Shown here in pieces: positions 55,317 to 64,000 of a stretch of 64,000 nt of DNA (positions are counted from its first letter, which is position 1; the number at the start of each line of letters is the position of its first letter). Under the pieces are notes generated by a model. That model was given only the letters and a program-made list of their open reading frames with translations. It was not told the origin of the DNA and made no database searches. Made by a program: the position numbers and the translations under genes. This stretch comes from Candidatus Undinarchaeales archaeon. GTDB taxonomy: Archaea; SpSt-1190; JASMDC01. The stretch is taken from assembly GCA_030753015.1 (NCBI GenBank), contig JASMDC010000005.1, forward strand, positions 1-64,000, given 5' to 3'.

Positions 55317-56867
55317 TCACATGACCTCGAACATGGGAGTCTCGTCAAGCAGACGCTTGACGCGCCTGAGCTTGTCCTCGCTACCCGCGTACACCGTAGC
55401 GAGCACGTCGCCACGATTGACGAACTCGTTGAACTTCCGGTTGAGGTAGACTCCCGCGCTCTTGTTCTGGGGGGAACCCGCCATGCGTGCTACCTTGGCG
55501 ACGACCGCGTTCACGGTATCGAGCATCTTTCCGGATCGCTCCGCCACTATGTCGTACGTGTGGGGCGCCAGCTTCAGGTCCTTGAGAGATACCTTTGGAT
55601 CTCCGCCCTGGGCCTTGATGATCTTCTGCATCTGCTTCCAGGCCTTGCCAGAGCGGAGCACCTTCTCCGCGACCTTGATGCCATCGCCTCTTCGTCCACC
55701 ATCCTTGAAGCGCTCGATGCCGATTAGCTCGATGAGGCGGCCTGCTATCCGCAGAGACTTCTCCTCCAGGTCCTTGGGGGCATCGGGCTTGTTCTGCAGG
55801 ACCTTGAGCACATCCCGTACCTCGAGCACGGGGCCGATACCATTGCCGATCGGCTCGTCCCCATAGCTGATGAGCACGTCGACCTTCATGCCCAGCATCC
55901 GGCCGAGCCTGATGATGATGCTCTTCAGGTGCTTGACCTCGCCGATGGAACTTATCTTCGCCTCATAGCCCAGTGGCAGGTCGAAGAGGACATGGGTCGA
56001 GCCCATGGAATATTTCTTGGCGAGGATGGAGGGGAGGAACAGCCCGATAGGGTCCAGTCCCATGGGCTTTCTCACCCTGATTAGCTTGTCGTCGGCAGGG
56101 GCCAGGTTGAGCCCGCCGCCCCAGGCGATGCAGCCGTTTGCCTTCTTCACGACATCGATAACCTTCTCCTTCGGTAGGATGACATCGGCCAGGACCTCCA
56201 TGGCATCCGCTGTCCCGGCAGCGGAGGAGATAGCACGGGACGAGCTCTTGGGCATGCACACGCCCAGCGCTGTAATGATAGGGACCACGATGAGGGTGGT
56301 GCGGTTGCCCGGGACGCCACCGGAGCAGTGCTTGTCAGCCACCACATCGTGGGGGAACGACATGGTCTCGCCCGTGTTCACCAGTGCCCGGGTAAGGCTG
56401 GTGATCTCGTTGAGGGTCATGTCCGACATGGCCACGGCCGAGATGAAGGAGGCGAGCTCTACCCCGGTGAGCCGGTCGTCAACCACGTCGGCGATGATGG
56501 CGTTGAGATCGTGCTCGGAAAGCTCCTCACCGGCCATCTTCTTCTTGATGTATTCGATGGAGGGGGGTTTCCCCAGGGGCGTGAGGGAGATCTCCTGCCC
56601 GTCCTCGATGCCAAGGCTGATGAACGTGTCCTCGAACAGGGCGACCTCGTAACCGGAACGCGACTCGGTCCAGAAATCGACGGTGGCCACGCACGAAACC
56701 CGTTTCTTGTCGTCCTCCAGGTACGGTGCGTCCTCGCCGTTCTCGGGCACGGTCAGCCGCACGCGGTCCATGGGATGGAGGTCAAGGTCCTGGGCGACCT
56801 TGGGCCCCACGGCCACGACGTTGGTACCGCCTGTAAGTATATCGATCTTGTGAGCGATAACGCGCAT
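55317..56867 (-). CDS. deoA: AMP phosphorylase (archaeal thymidine phosphorylase family)
   Basis: N-terminal extension, DKHCSGGVPGNRTT, PKSSSRAISSAAGTAD, LAPADD, PIGNGIGPVLE. Confidence 0.93.
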   Translation of the reverse strand: MRVIAHKIDILTGGTNVVAVGPKVAQDLDLHPMDRVRLTVPENGEDAPYLEDDKKRVSCVATVDFWTESRSGYEVALFEDTFISLGIEDGQEISLTPLGKPPSIEYIKKKMAGEELSEHDLNAIIADVVDDRLTGVELASFISAVAMSDMTLNEITSLTRALVNTGETMSFPHDVVADKHCSGGVPGNRTTLIVVPIITALGVCMPKSSSRAISSAAGTADAMEVLADVILPKEKVIDVVKKANGCIAWGGGLNLAPADDKLIRVRKPMGLDPIGLFLPSILAKKYSMGSTHVLFDLPLGYEAKISSIGEVKHLKSIIIRLGRMLGMKVDVLISYGDEPIGNGIGPVLEVRDVLKVLQNKPDAPKDLEEKSLRIAGRLIELIGIERFKDGGRRGDGIKVAEKVLRSGKAWKQMQKIIKAQGGDPKVSLKDLKLAPHTYDIVAERSGKMLDTVNAVVAKVARMAGSPQNKSAGVYLNRKFNEFVNRGDVLATVYAGSEDKLRRVKRLLDETPMFEVM

Positions 56868-57020
56868 GGTGACCCACCCCTCGGGACGCCAAGCTTAATA
56901 AAGGCAGGTAATATCAGCCCGGGCGTGCGCCGATGAGCCACGTGTGCGCTGTCATGACACGCGCCGCTTTGGGCGCTACATATAAAAGCCACATAACGCA
57001 GGTTAGCCTCGGGTGATATC

Positions 57021-58265
57021 ATGAAGACCCTCGAGACCCTTTTCTCGCGCTCGGCAAAGATGATGAAGGCATCCGAGATCAGAGAGCTCCTGAAGCTCAC
57101 CCGGCAGCCGGAGATCATCTCTTTTGCCGGAGGCCTTCCGAACCCCGACGCCTTCCCCGTCGGGAACATCAAGAAGATGGTGGACCACGTCATGGAGCGC
57201 CACGCCCGTGATGCTCTCCAGTACGGCACCACTGAGGGCCACAACAAGCTGCGAGCTGCTATCGTCCATGGGATGAAGCAGATCGACGATGTTACAACGG
57301 ACATACACAACATCATCATCACCACCGGCTCCCAGGAGGCCCTCTACCTCCTGAGCAAGGTGCTCCTCGACCCGGGTGACACCGTGCTCACCGCAGCTCC
57401 CACCTACATCGGCGCCACCTCGACCTTCCTTGCTCATCAGGCGAACATCGAGTGCATACCTATTGACGAGAACGGCATCAGGGTCGACCTTCTGGAGGGC
57501 GAGCTTGAGCGGATGTCCCGTCGTAAGAAGCTGCCCAAGTTCTTGTACCTCGTCCCCAGCTTCCAGAACCCGACCGGGGTCACCATCCCCCCCGACCACC
57601 GAAGTAAGATCTATGATCTCGTCTGCCAGTACGATCTGCTGCTGGTGGAGGACAACCCCTACGGCCTCCTGTGCTACGACGGTGACCGCGTGCTGCCCAT
57701 AAAGGCCCAGGACACCGAGGACCGGGTGCTCTTCCTCGGTACGTTCTCCAAGATCCTCGCCCCCGGGTTCCGTGTCGCGTGGTCCTGCGGCCCCGCCGAG
57801 CTGGTCAACAAGATGTCGCTCGCCAAGCAGGCTGTGGACCTGTGCTCCAACACCTTTGGCCAGTACGTGGTATACGAGGCCATACACCACAACCTCCTGT
57901 TCCCCCACGTCGATGTGATCAAGCGCCTCTACAAGGAGAAGCGCGACGCCATGCTGGACGCCATGGAGCGGTACTTCCCCAAGGAGGCCAAGTGGAACAT
58001 CCCCCAGGGCGGCCTCTTCATCTGGGTCCGATTGCCCTACTCGATCAACACCAAGGACATGTTCCCGCGGGCGGTGGCGAACAACGTTGCCTACGTGGTG
58101 GGCCAGGCGTTCTACCCTGACGGATCGGGCTCGAACACCATGCGTCTGAACTTCTCGCACTCGACAAACGAGCAGATCGAGGAGGGCATCAAGCGCCTCG
58201 GTATGGTGATCAATGACCAGCTCCACAAGGAGGGGCTCGAGCCAGAGTTCATCACCTCCGTGTAG
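57021..58265 (+). CDS. Class I PLP aminotransferase (LysN/ARO8-like)
   Basis: SEIRELLK, ISFAGGLP, FQNPTG, EDNPY, TFSKILAPGFR. Confidence 0.93.
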   Translation: MKTLETLFSRSAKMMKASEIRELLKLTRQPEIISFAGGLPNPDAFPVGNIKKMVDHVMERHARDALQYGTTEGHNKLRAAIVHGMKQIDDVTTDIHNIIITTGSQEALYLLSKVLLDPGDTVLTAAPTYIGATSTFLAHQANIECIPIDENGIRVDLLEGELERMSRRKKLPKFLYLVPSFQNPTGVTIPPDHRSKIYDLVCQYDLLLVEDNPYGLLCYDGDRVLPIKAQDTEDRVLFLGTFSKILAPGFRVAWSCGPAELVNKMSLAKQAVDLCSNTFGQYVVYEAIHHNLLFPHVDVIKRLYKEKRDAMLDAMERYFPKEAKWNIPQGGLFIWVRLPYSINTKDMFPRAVANNVAYVVGQAFYPDGSGSNTMRLNFSHSTNEQIEEGIKRLGMVINDQLHKEGLEPEFITSV

Positions 58266-58347
58266 CCGCCGCGTAAATCCACAAGCAGTCGGCTCGTGGG
58301 TGAAAGAGCAGTATAAGTATGATCCGGGATCGGCGATGATACCGTTC

Positions 58348-58875
58348 CTAGAACTCGATACCCTTCCTTGCCTTCATGCCCATAGTGGAGAAGGGGTGTT
58401 TAACCATCTTCATCTCGGTCACGAGGTCCGCCATCTCGAGGATCCTTGGATGCATGGTACGCCCGGTCAGGACGACCTCGACGTTCTCGCCCCTTCCATC
58501 CAGGGCCGAGATGAGGTCCTCGACATCCACGACGCCCATGTCCACAGCGACCCCTACCTCATCCAGTATGACTATGTCGTGATCACCGGACGAAAGACGT
58601 TCTGCGGCCATTTCCATGGCCCTCCTGCCCTCGGACAGGTCGGTCTCGTCGGGGTCGGCTATCAGGTCCGGTCTTCCGAACTGGTAGATGGAAAGAGCAT
58701 CTAGCTGTTTGGCCGATCTGAGCTCCCCGTATTTTGTATCGCCCTTCATGAACTGGATCATGCATACCCTGAACCCATGACCCGCCGCCCTGAGACCGAG
58801 ACCGAGCGCACACGTCGTCTTGCCCTTACCACTACCAAAGTAGACCTGTACCAGACCAAGATCGGACCTGCTCAA
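58348..58875 (-). CDS. cobO: Cob(I)alamin adenosyltransferase (CobO/BtuR type)
   Basis: GSGKGKTTCALG, QFMK, ILDE, LTGR, KHPF..G..ARKGIEF. Confidence 0.95.
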   Translation of the reverse strand: MSRSDLGLVQVYFGSGKGKTTCALGLGLRAAGHGFRVCMIQFMKGDTKYGELRSAKQLDALSIYQFGRPDLIADPDETDLSEGRRAMEMAAERLSSGDHDIVILDEVGVAVDMGVVDVEDLISALDGRGENVEVVLTGRTMHPRILEMADLVTEMKMVKHPFSTMGMKARKGIEF

Positions 58876-59870
58876 CCCTCATCATCCCCGCGTACCCTAT
58901 CAATGACATGGTCCTTTATCTCGTCTGCAGCCGAGTAGGGATCGATCCCACCGGAGTGGACCTTGTCAACGAGCTTTCCGAAGCCTTCAAAACCACCGAT
59001 GCTCTCAACGATGAAATCCCGGGCCAGGTCCTCGACGATGTCCTGCAGCCGCTGGGCGATCCTGTCCTTCTTCTTTCTTTCCAGGATACCTGAGAGCTCG
59101 ATATGATTTCTATGTCGCAGGACCTCATCAAGGAACTCCTCGATGCCCTCATCATCCTTGGCACTCGTCAGGACGACCGGTGGCCTCCAACCGGTCTGCC
59201 TGGTGTACGAGTCTAGCATCTGCTCCAATAGAACGGCGAGCGAATCGGCCCCCTCGAGGTCGGCCTTGTTCACGACCAAGACATCGCCTATCTCCACGAT
59301 GCCTGCCTTCTGTGCCTGTATCGAGTCGCCGAGCCCGGGCACGAAGACGACCACGGTGGTATTCGCTATGTTCGATATCCCGACCTCGGACTGACCCGCG
59401 CCCACGGTCTCGATGATCACGAAATCCTTGCCGAACGCGTCGAAGACTATCACCATGTCATCCGTTGCCTTGGACATCCCACCGATCCTGCCTCGTGCGG
59501 AGCTGCTGCGTATGAAGACACCAGAGTCAAGGAAGAGCTCCTTCATCCTGACCCTGTCGCCAAGGAACGCGCCTCCTGAGAAGGGGCTTGCAGGATCTAT
59601 GGAGATTATCCCTACCGTCTTCCCTCTCGCCCTGATCCTCTGGGTCAATTTAGTAACAAGGCTGCTCTTCCCGGACCCAAGAACCCCGGTGATCCCGATG
59701 ACGTACGTGTTGCCTCTATGAGCATGTATCTTCCTGATGATCTCTCGGGCCTTGTCCGGGAAGTCCTCGACTAGGGTTATCACGCGAGCCAGGGCCTTCT
59801 TGTCACCATCAAAGAAGCGGGTGATCAGATCGTCCAGATCATCCCTGCCCGGTTTCTCATGGTCACTCAC
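58872..59870 (-). CDS. meaB: MeaB/ArgK GTPase chaperone of B12 mutases
   Basis: [41 protein letters not shown]. Confidence 0.95.
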   Translation of the reverse strand: MSDHEKPGRDDLDDLITRFFDGDKKALARVITLVEDFPDKAREIIRKIHAHRGNTYVIGITGVLGSGKSSLVTKLTQRIRARGKTVGIISIDPASPFSGGAFLGDRVRMKELFLDSGVFIRSSSARGRIGGMSKATDDMVIVFDAFGKDFVIIETVGAGQSEVGISNIANTTVVVFVPGLGDSIQAQKAGIVEIGDVLVVNKADLEGADSLAVLLEQMLDSYTRQTGWRPPVVLTSAKDDEGIEEFLDEVLRHRNHIELSGILERKKKDRIAQRLQDIVEDLARDFIVESIGGFEGFGKLVDKVHSGGIDPYSAADEIKDHVIDRVRGDDEG

Positions 59871-60279
59871 CCGACTGACCTCTTGCGAAAAAGTCAAAGA
59901 TGAAGTCGACGATCTCTTTAGTGGGCGTGCCCGGACCGTAGATGTTCGCGACCCCCAGCTCCTTCAGCGCGTCTATGTCCTTCTTCAACACGATGGTACC
60001 GCCCGCAAGAAAGAGCACCTGGTCGAATATCCCCTCCTTCTTCGCGATCTCAAGAACTCGCGGGACAAGGGTCATGTGCGCTCCGGAGAGGATGGACATC
60101 CCGACGCAATCGACATCCTCTTGAATGGCCGCCTCCACGATCTGCTCGGGTGTCTGGTGCAGTCCCGTGTAGATCACTTCCATCCCCGCGTCCCGAAGTG
60201 CCATGGAGACAACCTTCGCCCCTCGGTCGTGCCCGTCGAGCCCGGGCTTCGCCATCAGGAACCTCTTGCCTCGTGCCAT
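59863..60279 (-). CDS. Acyl-CoA mutase small, B12-binding subunit
   Basis: [25 protein letters not shown]. Confidence 0.95.
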   Translation of the reverse strand: MARGKRFLMAKPGLDGHDRGAKVVSMALRDAGMEVIYTGLHQTPEQIVEAAIQEDVDCVGMSILSGAHMTLVPRVLEIAKKEGIFDQVLFLAGGTIVLKKDIDALKELGVANIYGPGTPTKEIVDFIFDFFARGQSGE

Positions 60280-60418
60280 TGCATGTCCTGCCGTCCAGTG
60301 ATAGCCGGTCGAAAACGGAGCCCGTAAAGGTTTTTAAACATAGGGACGTGGGAAAACAGTCCTCCGATTGCGGGATGTCAATAGGAGAATCAGCACGCCC
60401 GCATCTCTTGGTGGTGTC

Positions 60419-62035
<1,617 letters not shown>

Positions 62036-62098
62036 AGGATGGTTTTTTATTTTGATTCCATTTCATCCGGAACACACATTTGAAGGTGGGATGCGGAT

Positions 62099-62950
62099 AT
62101 GGAGATGAACGAAGTCAGTGTTATCGGTGCAGGAACGATGGGCCACGGTATCGCCCAGGTCATCGCCCAAGCAGGTTACAACGTAGTTCTCATAGACACA
62201 ACCGAGGACTTTGTTCAGGCAGGGATCGGTAGGATCACAAAGAACCTCAAGCGCAGGGTGGACAAGGGGAAGATGGCCCCCGAGAAGATGGACGAGGTCA
62301 TGGGCAGGATCAAGGGTTCTGTTGATATCTCGGATGCCTCCGGCTCCCAGCTCGTTGTCGAGGCGGTCGTCGAGAACCCTGCGGTCAAGAAGGAGATTTT
62401 TAGCAAGCTCAGCAACGTGACGAACAAGAACACGATCCTGGCGACGAACACCTCCTCCATCCCGATAACCGAGATCGCATCCTCGGCACTCCACCCGGAG
62501 AGGGTGGTAGGGATGCACTTCTTCAACCCCGTTCCTGTCATGAAGCTCGTGGAGGTTGTGAGGGGGGAGGCAACTGAGGATTGGGTCGTCGATGAGGTCA
62601 TCAAGGTAGTGGAGAATATGAACAAGGGGCCTGTTGAGGTGCTCGACTTCCCCGGATTCATCTCGAACCGGCTTCTCATGCCAATGATCAACGAGGCAGC
62701 CTTCGCGCTCATGGAGGGTGCCGCCAAGAAGGAAGCGATCGACAGTGTGATGAAGCTCGGCATGAACCACCCGATGGGACCTCTTGAGCTCGCGGACCTG
62801 ATCGGTCTTGATGTCTGCCTGTCCATCATGGAGGTGCTCCAAAATGGCTTCGGTGATCCGAAGTACAGGCCATGTCCCCTCCTGAGGAAGATGGTCGCGG
62901 CCGGCTACCTCGGCAGGAAGACGAAGAGAGGGTTCTATGAGTATGAATAG
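62099..62950 (+). CDS. hbd: 3-hydroxybutyryl-CoA dehydrogenase
   Basis: GAGTMGHGIA, ATNTSS, GMHFFNP, PGFISNR, HPMGPL.LAD.IGLD. Confidence 0.95.
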   Translation: MEMNEVSVIGAGTMGHGIAQVIAQAGYNVVLIDTTEDFVQAGIGRITKNLKRRVDKGKMAPEKMDEVMGRIKGSVDISDASGSQLVVEAVVENPAVKKEIFSKLSNVTNKNTILATNTSSIPITEIASSALHPERVVGMHFFNPVPVMKLVEVVRGEATEDWVVDEVIKVVENMNKGPVEVLDFPGFISNRLLMPMINEAAFALMEGAAKKEAIDSVMKLGMNHPMGPLELADLIGLDVCLSIMEVLQNGFGDPKYRPCPLLRKMVAAGYLGRKTKRGFYEYE

Positions 62951-62982
62951 GTTAGTAGGCTGAATTACGAAAGGTGATGATT

Positions 62983-64000
62983 ATGAAGGATATCGAAAAG
63001 ACCCTGAGGGCGATGAATTTCTCGAAGGACGAGCTTGAGACATTCGAAATGGTCCTGGAGCTTGCCAAAGACTTTCATGATGAGATAGTGCCAAAGGCGG
63101 CCGGGTTCGAGGAAGAAGGGCTCAAGCTCGTCGATGGCAAGGTCATCATACCAAAGGGGATGGAGGAGATCTACAAGAAGATGGCCGAGTCAGGGATATT
63201 CGGTCTCTTCATAGATGAGAAGTACGGCGGGACCGGCCTGCCCTATCCCTTATACACCGCTGTCGTTGAGATCATCTCGAGAGCATGCCCTTGTATGGGT
63301 GTTGCCCTGGCCGTCCACGGCACCGCCATCGACTCCATCGTCGAGCTCGGCACCCAGACTGCAAAGGACCTGTACCTGCCCAAGATGGCGACCGGCGAAA
63401 TGGTGGGTGCGATAGCCTTCACCGAGGCCAATGCAGGATCGGATATCGGATCGATACGGATGAGCGCGGACCTCCAGGGCGACCACTATCTTCTGAACGG
63501 GTCCAAGCTGTTCATCACTAACGCCGGTATATCCGACGTATACACCATCCTTGCGGTGACGGACAAGGAGAAGGGCAAGAAAGGGCTCTCCGCCTTCGTG
63601 ATCGACATGGGGATCGAGGGCTTCAGTGTGTCGAGGCTGGAGCACAAGCTCGGTCTCACTGCTTCGCCCACCGGCGAGATCGTCCTCGAGAACTACAAGG
63701 TCCCGAAGGAGAACCTGCTCGGTGAGGAGGGCAGGGGCCTGAGCTACGTCCTGAGGGGTCTTTCCGGCGGCAGGATAGAGATCGCGGCACAGGCCGTCGG
63801 GATCGCCGAGGCAGCGCTTCGGGAATCAATCGCTTATACCAAGGAGCGCAAGCAGTTCGGGCAACCCATCTGCAAGTTCCAGGCCATCCAGTTCAAGCTC
63901 GCCGACATGGCGACGAGGATCTCCGCGGCTAGGAAGATGTACCTCCATGCAGCCTTCCTGAAGGACAGGAAGGAGGATTTCTTCACCGAGGCCTCAATGG
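62983..64000 (+). CDS. Acyl-CoA dehydrogenase, truncated by the window edge
   Basis: Manual translation from ATG 62983 (GGTGA SD): MKDIEK...EKYGGTG...FTEANAGSD...NGSKLFITN...RKQFGQPI..FQAIQFKLADM. Confidence 0.93.
   Translation, partial: MKDIEKTLRAMNFSKDELETFEMVLELAKDFHDEIVPKAAGFEEEGLKLVDGKVIIPKGMEEIYKKMAESGIFGLFIDEKYGGTGLPYPLYTAVVEIISRACPCMGVALAVHGTAIDSIVELGTQTAKDLYLPKMATGEMVGAIAFTEANAGSDIGSIRMSADLQGDHYLLNGSKLFITNAGISDVYTILAVTDKEKGKKGLSAFVIDMGIEGFSVSRLEHKLGLTASPTGEIVLENYKVPKENLLGEEGRGLSYVLRGLSGGRIEIAAQAVGIAEAALRESIAYTKERKQFGQPICKFQAIQFKLADMATRISAARKMYLHAAFLKDRKEDFFTEASM

Overview
Archaeal genomic DNA, GC-rich, with BRE/TATA promoters and archaeal rpl1-rplP0-rpl12, archease, MptA, AMP phosphorylase and class III signal-peptide pilin genes. 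The lineage cannot be fixed from the sequence alone. Contents in order: a truncated ISA1214-like IS at the left edge; an alpha-glucan module (two GH15, PPi-type PFK, GT4, TrmB with candidate TACT-N7-AGTA operators); class III RNR; a nested mobile locus at 18.2-20.1 kb; a large surface-glycosylation region at 25.6-50.1 kb (seven GT-C-type membrane glycosyltransferases in two paralog families, plus GT2/GT4 genes and a debranching enzyme); XPD; an AT-rich toxin-antitoxin islet; and a B12-dependent acyl-CoA mutase cluster with isobutyryl-CoA-mutase-type residues. The highlight is an intact IS110/IS1111-type element (18316-19748) inside a decayed IS200/IS605 tnpB element. Its subterminal inverted repeats, CAC core, and a bridge/seekRNA with guides matching the flanking target and donor can be read directly. 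It also appears to encode a separate, convergent ~95-nt RNA with its own TATA box and oligo-T terminator. The two arms of this RNA are together complementary to the transposase ribosome-binding site and first codons, suggesting a trans-acting antisense repressor that I do not recognise as described for bridge-recombinase elements. All product calls come from motif recognition; no database searches were run.
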